Assembly: GCA_963718665.1 (NCBI GenBank)
Contig: OY970359.1
Location: 2,080,001 to 2,144,000 of the forward strand
Direction of reading: 5' to 3'
Source: an uncultured Phycisphaerales bacterium
Lineage (GTDB): Bacteria > Planctomycetota > Phycisphaerae > Sedimentisphaerales > Anaerobacaceae
DNA length: 64,000 bases
Made by a program: the position numbers and the translations under genes. A model generated the notes under the pieces. That model did no database searches. It was not told the DNA's origin and worked only from the letters and a program-made list of their open reading frames with translations. Every line of letters starts with the position of its first letter. Position 1 is the first letter of the stretch. Shown in pieces: positions 48,989-57,842 of this stretch.

Positions 48989-49004
48989 CGGCACGGGGTT
49001 TGCA
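48989..49004 (+). promoter_or_regulatory. Putative sigma-54 (-24/-12) promoter of clpB
   Basis: CGGCACGGGGTTTGCA: GG-N10-GC spacing, 40 nt upstream of the ATG. Confidence 0.6.
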
Positions 49005-49044
49005 TACTGTTGAGGGATAGTTTATATGAGAAAGGGCAGAAGAT

Positions 49045-51624
49045 ATGAAGTTTGATAAATTTACGTTGAAAACCCAGGAAGCGTTGGCCACGGCTCAGCA
49101 AACCGCGATGGCTAAATCGAATACGGTGCTTAGCCCATTGCATTTATTGAGCGCGATTGTCAGCGACGACGAGGGCATCGGGCCGGAGATTTTCAAGAAA
49201 ATAGGCGCCAACGTCGGACGTATCAAAGATATGACGGAGAGCGAAATGCATCGTCTTGCGCAGGGCAAGACCAGCGGACAACTTATGCCTGACCCGGCTT
49301 TTAACCAGATTGTGTTAGATGCGCAAAATATAGCGGACTCGATGGGCGATGAGTACCTAAGCGTCGAACATTTGCTGATGTCTCTTGCCTCGGTTCAGAG
49401 TGAGGCCAAAGAGATTCTCCGGCTAAACTCGGTGACTGAAAAGCAAATAGAAAAGGCGATAAAAGATATTCGCGGCGGGGAAAAAATAACAGACCAGAGT
49501 CCCGAGGGAAAATACAAATCGCTGGAACGATACGGTATTGATTTATTAGATATGGCGAGGAAGGGCAAGCTCGATCCTGTTATAGGCAGGGACGAGGAAA
49601 TCCGGCGATGTATGCAGGTCTTGAATCGGCGGACAAAGAATAACCCCGTACTGATAGGTGAGCCGGGCGTGGGCAAAACCGCGATAGTTGAAGGATTGGC
49701 GCAGAGGATTGTCGCCGGAGACGTGCCTGCCGGATTGAAAAACAAGAGAATTATTGCGCTGGATATGGGCGCACTCATAGCGGGGACAAAATTCAGAGGA
49801 GAATTTGAGGAACGACTGAAAGCAGTATTAAAGGAAGTGATTGCAGCGGATGGCGAGATAATTCTTTTCATTGATGAATTGCACACAGTTGTCGGCGCGG
49901 GTAAGGCCGAAGGCGCAGTCGATGCCGGGAATTTGCTGAAACCATCGCTTGCCAGGGGCGAATTGCGATGTATCGGCGCGACGACGATTGACGAATATCG
50001 CAAACACGTTGAGAAGGATGCCGCACTGGAGCGGAGATTCCAGCCGATTATGATAGACCCGCCGAGCGTTGAGGACACGATAACGATTTTGCGCGGGCTT
50101 AAGAATCGATATGACACCCATCACGGCGTGCGGATAACGGATTCGGCGCTTGTCGCTGCTGCGACTTTGTCGAACAGGTATATTTCGGATAGATGGCTGC
50201 CCGATAAGGCGATTGATTTGATTGATGAAGCGGCGTCGAAACTGCGAATAGAAAATGACTCGCTGCCGGCGGAATTAGATGATATCCGCAGAAGGGTAAT
50301 CCAGTTGCAGGTTGAGCGGGAGGCGCTGAAAAAAGAGACGGATGAGGCGAGCAAAGACCGTCTCAAAAAAGCTGAGAAGCAATTGGCTGATTTGCAGGAG
50401 CAGGACAGAAAGCTGTCGGCACAATGGGACCGCGAAAAGGGCGAGATAAATTACATCAAGGAATTGAAACAAAAAATCGACGCCGCACAAATTCAGTTCG
50501 AGGATGCTCAGCGCAAAGGCGAGCTTGAGACGGCGGCAAGATTGAAATATGACACGATAACCAACCTGAAAAAAGAGCTTGAGGCAAAAGAAGCCCAGCT
50601 TGTAAAAAGCGAAAGGACAATGGTTCATAACGAGGTTACCGAAGAACATATCGCGGAGGTTGTCGCCAAGTGGACAGGGATACCTGTTGCGAGATTAATC
50701 AGCGGCGAACGCGACCGGCTGATGAAAATGGAAGAGCATATTCGCCAGCGAGTCGTGGGGCAGGATGAGGCAGTGGAGGCGCTTTGTAACGCGGTGAGAC
50801 GAAACCGCGCAGGATTAAGCGACCCTCACAGGCCAATAGGCGTGTTTTTATTCCTGGGGCCGACAGGTGTGGGCAAAACGGAATTGTCAAAGGCGCTTGC
50901 GGACTTTTTATTCAATGACCCCAGCGCCATGATTCGCATAGATATGAGTGAGTTTATGGAGTCACATTCGGTGGCTCGGCTTATAGGCGCGCCTCCCGGA
51001 TACGTCGGTTATGAAGAGGGCGGCCGATTGACGGAAGCGGTGAGACGCAAACCATATTCGGTAATTTTGCTCGATGAGATTGAAAAGGCGCATCCGGACG
51101 TGTTCAACGTGCTTTTGCAGGTTTTTGACGATGCCCGGCTGACTGACGGCAAGGGGCGGACTGTGGATTTCAAAAACACCGTGATAATTATGACGAGCAA
51201 CATCGCCAGCGAGCAGATACAGAAAATGACTGAGGAGAAAGGCGATGAATGGGAGATTGAGGCGCATGTCAAGGAAGTGCTCAAGGTCGTCTTTAAGCCG
51301 GAGTTTTTGAACCGGGTTGATGAGGTGATTGTGTTTCATACGCTTAACGAAGAGCACCTGCGAAAGATTGTTGATATACAGTTGCGATACCTGGGTGAGC
51401 GGATGCGAGAGCGGAAAATGGAAGTACAGTTTACCGATGCCGCGAAAAAGCTGATTACCGACGAGGGGTATGACCCAACGTTCGGGGCAAGACCCATGAA
51501 GCGGGTAATACAGCAGCGATTAGAAAACCCATTAGCCGTGGAGCTGCTGGCAGGCAAATTCACAGACGGCGACACAATCAAAATCGACGCCAAACAGCAC
51601 AAATTCACTTTCGAGAAAGTGTGA
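49045..51624 (+). CDS. clpB: ATP-dependent disaggregase ClpB
   Basis: Two AAA+ modules ([16 protein letters not shown]) with a long coiled-coil middle domain. Confidence 0.97.
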   Translation: MKFDKFTLKTQEALATAQQTAMAKSNTVLSPLHLLSAIVSDDEGIGPEIFKKIGANVGRIKDMTESEMHRLAQGKTSGQLMPDPAFNQIVLDAQNIADSMGDEYLSVEHLLMSLASVQSEAKEILRLNSVTEKQIEKAIKDIRGGEKITDQSPEGKYKSLERYGIDLLDMARKGKLDPVIGRDEEIRRCMQVLNRRTKNNPVLIGEPGVGKTAIVEGLAQRIVAGDVPAGLKNKRIIALDMGALIAGTKFRGEFEERLKAVLKEVIAADGEIILFIDELHTVVGAGKAEGAVDAGNLLKPSLARGELRCIGATTIDEYRKHVEKDAALERRFQPIMIDPPSVEDTITILRGLKNRYDTHHGVRITDSALVAAATLSNRYISDRWLPDKAIDLIDEAASKLRIENDSLPAELDDIRRRVIQLQVEREALKKETDEASKDRLKKAEKQLADLQEQDRKLSAQWDREKGEINYIKELKQKIDAAQIQFEDAQRKGELETAARLKYDTITNLKKELEAKEAQLVKSERTMVHNEVTEEHIAEVVAKWTGIPVARLISGERDRLMKMEEHIRQRVVGQDEAVEALCNAVRRNRAGLSDPHRPIGVFLFLGPTGVGKTELSKALADFLFNDPSAMIRIDMSEFMESHSVARLIGAPPGYVGYEEGGRLTEAVRRKPYSVILLDEIEKAHPDVFNVLLQVFDDARLTDGKGRTVDFKNTVIIMTSNIASEQIQKMTEEKGDEWEIEAHVKEVLKVVFKPEFLNRVDEVIVFHTLNEEHLRKIVDIQLRYLGERMRERKMEVQFTDAAKKLITDEGYDPTFGARPMKRVIQQRLENPLAVELLAGKFTDGDTIKIDAKQHKFTFEKV

Positions 51625-51647
51625 AACTGTATGCCGACAGCAGGTGG

Positions 51648-54011
51648 TTAAGAGCCGCCTTGTTGCAGCCATTCATTAGCGAGCGTTGCGAAATCAGCGA
51701 AGTCAATCGAGCCATCTCTGTTGAAATCGGCATTGCCGCACCAGCTTGGCTGAGTGCAGACGTCCAGCCAGTGTGAGGCCAAGGCGGCAAGGTCATAGAT
51801 ATTGACAAGACAATCTCCGATACCTGCTCCCTGGGCACTTGCGATATCTGCGGAGGGGCAGTTGATATTACCGCAGTCCGATAACCCGTATATGTTGGAC
51901 CAGTCCTGCTGGTTCATATCGGGAAGAATTCCGCCAAGAGTTGCATCGTTATTCAACCCGTGCCCAAATGTGCAGGATATTGGCTTGTTGTTGGCGTCAA
52001 ACGCCGGCAGAAGGTCCCTCGGATTCACCGGATTGGGATACCGGCTTGACCCGCCGAACACGGGATTCGGGTCTAATCGTCCATAAACGGTCTGTGTGCC
52101 GACGAGCGTCGCACTAAGCCCAGAAACAGTGACCACATTCGTCATATCCGGGGGTATTAACCGCGCATTGTCTAAATAGAACTTTCCTGTTCCGGTTTCA
52201 TCTCCGTTGAGCGATAACTGCGCGGAGATGATAATCTGGAACCACGTCGCATTCGTCAAATCATAGTCCGAAATGACAAGACTGTATGTCTTGGAGGCAC
52301 CATCTGATGCCTGCCAATCCAAACCGGTTAATACATCGGTCTTCTTCTTCCCCTTTCTGTTTACTGCTGTGGCAGTGGTCCACTCTTTCCAGCCACCAGA
52401 ACCAGGACCATTCTGATTGACGTCGCTATTTAAGGCAATTTTATCAGCGACCTTGACCCAGGTATTTCCATCGGCGAAGTCCGTGGGTAACGCCGTCAAG
52501 TCAAACATAAGCGTATAGCCAGCCAGTGAGGTGGGCAGTTCATCCAATGATGGCGCATCCCACTGAAGAATCCAGTATTTACCAGTCCACTGTACACCGA
52601 GCGAGCCGCTGCCAAGCGTGACCCCGACTGTGCTGGATTGAGTAAGAACGGGAGAATCATCGAACCCCGGGACCCAGCCATCGTTGCTGTCGGGACTTTC
52701 CCAGTTGCCGCACAACAACGGACAGCACTGCTCACCCCAGTAGTAGTAGTTGAGTTCCCCATTTGTTATATTGTTGCCGTCGCTGCTCAATGTTCCATCA
52801 AAATATCCACCTCTATCCTCTGTTGGGGAAGATTCGTATTTGAAGTCCATTTCAAGGTCGCCTCTACTTCCGTCAAAGCTATCGACTTCCCAAGTTTCCC
52901 ACGGTGGGGTGACAGTGTTGTCGTCGAACGTCAGCATCCCTGTGTGCCCTGCGTTGACGTGGCCCTCCTCATCAAAAGGTTCACAAACCAGCACAAGTTG
53001 TCCCACAGGTGCCGAATTGTGATATACGCGATATGTTTTTGTTATCTCCAGCGGGTATGATGCCACCGTGTTATTTGTCAGAGAGTCCCTGAAAACTCCC
53101 AATTGAGTGTCCAAAAACTGCGCATCAGCCATACTGTTGGGGTCGATATAGAGCAGGTGCTGGTCATTGGCTTCGGATATGATATAGTTGATACATGTGA
53201 AGTAATAGTTTATCGCGGTTATCAGGTCTTGTTTTGACTGCGCCAGGACCGAATTGCCATCCGGCAGGACCTTCAGCAGATTCGCATAGCGTTCGAGAAA
53301 ATCTCCATTTATATTGAACTTGACGTTGGGTTCTTCGCCGCAAAAGGTGCTGTTTATTAACTCTTCCACTTTCGGGTCATTGGTATCGATGGCCAAATTG
53401 TATGCCTGCCTGAATTCCAGTTGGCTTTTCAGTGCCGCCAGCATCCCCTGGAGAATCAGTACCTCACCGTAATCGACTATCACTGTTTTGTTCAGACCTG
53501 TTTCACTCGGCTCCAAGAATATCTCGAAACGGTCGGTGGGTGAATCGCTGATAGAATTTAATTCCGCGATGATATCGTTTATTTCAGGGATTATCGAGCT
53601 TTGTATTCTCTGTGAGACCTCATTTGCGTCCGGTGCCCAGGCCGGTATCTCGTAACAACTGCCGGATTTCAAAACGTTGACCTTGAGTTCGGCAAAGTAA
53701 TCCCCGACTATGGTTACGCCAAACTCGTTGGCAATATTGATAAAATTGTTGACATCGCCGTTTTCGATAAACAACATAGCCGTTTTGGTCGCTGCGTGCA
53801 AAAACACAAGTTCGCTGTCGCTGGCGCAGATGCTTTTCTGCATTCCTTGATCGAGGATATAATACGCCTCGTGCACGCCGGATAATGTGCCGCTGAATAA
53901 TTCCCACTCAGCCGGCACAGTATAATCGTCGTGGCAGTTGGAGTCGGCAGCCGCAACGTTGGCCAAACAAAAGATAACCGATGCGATAATGGTCCAGACA
54001 TTTTTAGACAT
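51648..54011 (-). CDS. Secreted protein with internal CBM-like beta domain and C-terminal dockerin-like EF-hand repeats
   Basis: Signal peptide; Trp-rich segment ending FYLDNARL; C-terminal ADFNRDGSIDFADFATLANEWL. Confidence 0.75.
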   Translation of the reverse strand: MSKNVWTIIASVIFCLANVAAADSNCHDDYTVPAEWELFSGTLSGVHEAYYILDQGMQKSICASDSELVFLHAATKTAMLFIENGDVNNFINIANEFGVTIVGDYFAELKVNVLKSGSCYEIPAWAPDANEVSQRIQSSIIPEINDIIAELNSISDSPTDRFEIFLEPSETGLNKTVIVDYGEVLILQGMLAALKSQLEFRQAYNLAIDTNDPKVEELINSTFCGEEPNVKFNINGDFLERYANLLKVLPDGNSVLAQSKQDLITAINYYFTCINYIISEANDQHLLYIDPNSMADAQFLDTQLGVFRDSLTNNTVASYPLEITKTYRVYHNSAPVGQLVLVCEPFDEEGHVNAGHTGMLTFDDNTVTPPWETWEVDSFDGSRGDLEMDFKYESSPTEDRGGYFDGTLSSDGNNITNGELNYYYWGEQCCPLLCGNWESPDSNDGWVPGFDDSPVLTQSSTVGVTLGSGSLGVQWTGKYWILQWDAPSLDELPTSLAGYTLMFDLTALPTDFADGNTWVKVADKIALNSDVNQNGPGSGGWKEWTTATAVNRKGKKKTDVLTGLDWQASDGASKTYSLVISDYDLTNATWFQIIISAQLSLNGDETGTGKFYLDNARLIPPDMTNVVTVSGLSATLVGTQTVYGRLDPNPVFGGSSRYPNPVNPRDLLPAFDANNKPISCTFGHGLNNDATLGGILPDMNQQDWSNIYGLSDCGNINCPSADIASAQGAGIGDCLVNIYDLAALASHWLDVCTQPSWCGNADFNRDGSIDFADFATLANEWLQQGGS

Positions 54012-54029
54012 TTTTTGTGTCCTCCTCTT

Positions 54030-54929
54030 TTATTTTTTAGCAATTTTTATGTCAGTTGCATTCAGGTTACTATCAACACGAATACCTTTGCCTGCGATTC
54101 GACTTTCGCCCCGGCGAAGGAAATATGTTCCGTCAGCAGTAAAACTTTGCCTGTGGGTATCCCATATAATGTGATTGCTCTCAAGGGTTGCGCCGTCGGC
54201 AGCGGTTATAATGACGTGGCCTCGCAGGTTTACCAGCGGCCAGTTCGAATTCACGATTGCCCGCCTGCACTGAACCGCCTGTCGCAAACTGCTGTCGTCG
54301 AGTATACGGCAATCGAGATTATTTATTGTGATTTCGATAACATTGCTCAAATCTATATTTAAGCCCCAGTTATTGTGTGTGTCGGATAACCGACGGAAGA
54401 TGCCGCTAAAACCATTGTCGCTTGGAGTTACCTCTTCGGAAAGAGCATTGCCCGGCAGGGCCGTTATCTCGGAAAGGCCTGAATTTTCACAAAAACTAAG
54501 TTGAAGGTCTTTAACTTCTATTGTTCTTGCTGCCGCAGTCCTGAAAATGCCCACAGGTGCGTTTTGCGAGAGAACCGTCCCGCAACTGACAGCGAAACGC
54601 AATTTATTGGTGTTGGGGTCATAGCGATAGTAAGCGAGTCCGGCAAGCTGGTTTTCGGGTGGTAACGTGGTAAGCGACTGAGATTGATAAAAACTTAAAT
54701 ATGGCTTTAAGCTGCTGTGACTGATACAGACAACCACCAATGCTGCCTCGATGATTATCAAAAATGCAAGAACAGCATATCTTCTGCGTATTCGGATTTT
54801 TGCATAAGAGAGCAAACTTACCTCCTGCCCTACGGTCTGTGTAATATACCGGGGATTTCTGCAATTCACCCTTTGCTCCCAGCTTACCAAACCATTTATA
54901 GCATAATGCAAGCCGGATGTATTTGTCAA
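54030..54929 (-). CDS. Hypothetical membrane-anchored protein with LptC-like C-terminal region
   Basis: One TM; VNLRGHVIITAADGATLESNHIIWD resembles the LptC jellyroll. Start uncertain. Confidence 0.5.
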   Translation of the reverse strand: MTNTSGLHYAINGLVSWEQRVNCRNPRYITQTVGQEVSLLSYAKIRIRRRYAVLAFLIIIEAALVVVCISHSSLKPYLSFYQSQSLTTLPPENQLAGLAYYRYDPNTNKLRFAVSCGTVLSQNAPVGIFRTAAARTIEVKDLQLSFCENSGLSEITALPGNALSEEVTPSDNGFSGIFRRLSDTHNNWGLNIDLSNVIEITINNLDCRILDDSSLRQAVQCRRAIVNSNWPLVNLRGHVIITAADGATLESNHIIWDTHRQSFTADGTYFLRRGESRIAGKGIRVDSNLNATDIKIAKK

Positions 54930-55071
54930 GGGTAAAATTTGGGACTTTGCTTGGGAAGAAGAAGGGCGGATTTATCGCTTGCTTTGGGGGTGGGGATAGT
55001 GTCTAATTATAAGGGGTTTTGGGAATAACGATAGTTTTTAGCCGATCAAAACATTGGAGATATGCAAGAAT

Positions 55072-55698
55072 ATGGCTGACCTAAAAGCTTTGGCTGAGGC
55101 AGTGATAAAGGGCGACCCAAACGCGGCGGTAACAATAACCAAGCAGGCGATAGCGGAGAAAATGCCGGCGGGTGACATTCTCAAAAATGGTTTGATAGCC
55201 GGTATGGATGTTGTCGGCGTCAGGTTCAAGAGCAACGAGATTTATATACCTGAAGTTCTGATTGCTGCCCGCGCTATGAAAATGGCGATGCAGGTTTTGG
55301 AGCCGGAATTAGTCAAGGCGGGCGTCAAGCCGGTCGGCAAATTTGTGGTAGGCACTGTCCAGGGGGACCTGCACGACATCGGCAAAAATCTTGTCGCGAT
55401 GATGATGAAAGGCGCCGGTTTTGAGGTAATCGACCTGGGCGTTGACGTAACGTCTGAAAAATTCGTCGAGAAGGCCAAAGTGACCGGGGCGCAGCTTGTT
55501 GGTATGAGCACGTTGCTTACGACGACTATGCCTAAGATGGAAAAGACACTGAAAGAGCTTAGAAACGCCGGTCTTAAGACAAAGGTGATGATTGGCGGAG
55601 CGCCGGTGACGCAGAATTACGCCGATAAAATTGGCGCTGACGGTTACGCGGCGGATGCGGCGACTGCGGTGGATGTTGCAAAACGGCTGATTGCCTGA
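55072..55698 (+). CDS. Corrinoid (B12-binding) methyltransferase partner protein
   Basis: GDLHDIGKN (DxHxxG), cap domain and MIGGAP motif. Confidence 0.93.
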   Translation: MADLKALAEAVIKGDPNAAVTITKQAIAEKMPAGDILKNGLIAGMDVVGVRFKSNEIYIPEVLIAARAMKMAMQVLEPELVKAGVKPVGKFVVGTVQGDLHDIGKNLVAMMMKGAGFEVIDLGVDVTSEKFVEKAKVTGAQLVGMSTLLTTTMPKMEKTLKELRNAGLKTKVMIGGAPVTQNYADKIGADGYAADAATAVDVAKRLIA

Positions 55699-55723
55699 GC
55701 GATTAAATGTTGTTTTAGATATC

Positions 55724-55755
55724 AAAGCAGTCCCGGTTTATGGGGCTGCTTTTTT
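55724..55755 (+). terminator. Rho-independent terminator
   Basis: AAAGCAGTCCC...GGGGCTGCTTTTTT. Confidence 0.75.
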
Positions 55756-55818
55756 ATGCGCAGAGTGGTAAAATCGTAAGTAGTAACAGCGGACATTTTG
55801 TCCCGTAGTGAAAAGAAT

Positions 55819-57435
55819 ATGAGAAAGATAAAAAACGAGGACTTGGCAGGGCTTTTGATGCAGATTAAATTTGCCCCGGCCAAACAACGGCGAAAGCAGC
55901 TCGACAGGGCCGAAGAGCTTCTCGACATAATCGAGAAGGACAAGGAATACCCATTCGAGTTCGTTTGTTACAGGATTACGGGATACAGGCCTGAAGATGC
56001 GGCAGGGCATAGGCTTATAAGGGGTGATGAGCTGGCGGATGACCTGCAGATTTTTATATGGAAGCTGAGCGGCCAGGTTGCACCGCCCGCCAATGAGCAG
56101 AGCGAGGAAGTTTACACCAAAAAACAGCTTGCCAAAAAGATGCACATTTCAACCAAGACCATTGATAGGTGGAGAAAACGAGGTCTGAAGGTTCGCAAGT
56201 ATCTTTGCGAGGACAAGAGGAAACGACTCGGTTTTTTGCAGTCGGTAGTGGATAAATTTCTGGTCGAACATCCCGCCCTGGCTGAAAAGGCGGGACATTT
56301 TTCCCGTGTATCCGAGAGCCAGAAGCAAAAGATAATGGAACGTGCCTGTGAGTTGAGCAGCGAGACGAAAATGAGCAGGCAGCGGATAATACGACAGATA
56401 GCAACCGAGACGGGCAGGGGACAGGAAACGATACGATATATTTTATTGAACTATCAGAAGTCGATTCCGGGTGGTGGCGCGGCAAAATTACGACAAACAG
56501 CACGATTGCTAAGCCCAGCCGAGGCGGTGGAGCTTGACCGATTGCACAAACAGGGGGCGGGCGTAAAAGAGCTTATGGGGCGTTTCGGCAGAAGCAGAAG
56601 CTCGATATACAGGATATTAAAGCATCGCAGGGCGCAATCACTGCTGGCAAAAAGAATTGAATATATCGCAAGCGATGAGTTTACTATGCCCGGTGCGGTG
56701 GAAAAAATTCTGGGCGGCTCGCCACAACGGGGACATTCACCTGTACTTAATCGGCAGGAGGAAATGGAGCTTTTCAGAAAGTACAACTTTCTTAAATATC
56801 GCGCTGGTGTTATCAGAGAGCAGATAAGAGCCGGGCGTATTACCAGCGCTAGGCTTGATGAGATTGAAAAATGCCTCGCAGGGGCGGAGGCGGCCAAAAA
56901 GATAATCATCGAAGCGAATCTGCGATTAGTCGTTAGTATCGCCAATAAGCACACCATTACCGGCGCCAATATCAGTGATTTGGTCAGCCAGGGCAATGTG
57001 TCGCTGATTAAAGCGGCTGAAAAATTCGATTACACAAAAGGTTTCAGGTTTTCGACGTATGCGAGCTGGGCAATCAGCAAGGATTTTGCTCACAGGATAC
57101 CCGGCCAAAAGGCCGGGGCCGACAGGATGACGGCTGATATAAACGAGTTTCAGAAGGAATCCAAAATCGGGCAGAAAGATTTGGCGGCAGTGGAAAGGGC
57201 GAGGAGCGACCTTATCCAGGTCATACGGGATGAGCTTGAGAAACGAGAACAGTATGTAATCATTAACCATTTTGGGCTTGAGGGGACGTTAGTCAAAAAG
57301 AACAAAAAGACGCTGAAACAAATCGGCGACGATTTAGGCCTGAGCAAAGAGCGGGTGCGTCAAATCGAACTTAGCGGTCTGCAAAAGCTCAGGCAATCGC
57401 TAAGCCCGGAACTATTTGACCTGCTTACCAGCTGA
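55819..57435 (+). CDS. Sigma-70 family factor with long N-terminal multi-HTH extension
   Basis: ANLRLVVSIA, FDYTKGFRFSTYASWAI and TLKQIG...LSKERVRQIE motifs; N-terminal ISTKTIDRWR HTH. Confidence 0.9.
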   Translation: MRKIKNEDLAGLLMQIKFAPAKQRRKQLDRAEELLDIIEKDKEYPFEFVCYRITGYRPEDAAGHRLIRGDELADDLQIFIWKLSGQVAPPANEQSEEVYTKKQLAKKMHISTKTIDRWRKRGLKVRKYLCEDKRKRLGFLQSVVDKFLVEHPALAEKAGHFSRVSESQKQKIMERACELSSETKMSRQRIIRQIATETGRGQETIRYILLNYQKSIPGGGAAKLRQTARLLSPAEAVELDRLHKQGAGVKELMGRFGRSRSSIYRILKHRRAQSLLAKRIEYIASDEFTMPGAVEKILGGSPQRGHSPVLNRQEEMELFRKYNFLKYRAGVIREQIRAGRITSARLDEIEKCLAGAEAAKKIIIEANLRLVVSIANKHTITGANISDLVSQGNVSLIKAAEKFDYTKGFRFSTYASWAISKDFAHRIPGQKAGADRMTADINEFQKESKIGQKDLAAVERARSDLIQVIRDELEKREQYVIINHFGLEGTLVKKNKKTLKQIGDDLGLSKERVRQIELSGLQKLRQSLSPELFDLLTS

Positions 57436-57842
57436 TGGCACACGCTAATTTGTTGTCGCAAAGCCATTATTGACAGGGGGTTACGCCTTATTTCTTGAAA
57501 AAATCAGCTCTTTATGGTAATCTTAATAAGAATAAGGCGTATTCGCATAATCGTCACAAATATTTTAGGGTGGTTTTCAGGGTCCTGCAACAATAATTGC
57601 TTTTTTGAGCCGACTATGAAGAATGTTCGCAAAGGACGGTTCAATTGCCATAATTGGTGGATATTAAGCAAAAAAAGGCGTTATTTTTTGAACGTATTAT
57701 GAAATATTTGGCAAAGTCAATAATAGACATCTATTGGGCAACGAATGGCATATCTTCTATAGTCAAATAAGCATTATACTATATGATACCATGCCTTAAA
57801 GCAGAGCATCGCCTGTATGAAAAATATTTTGAGGTAAATAAT

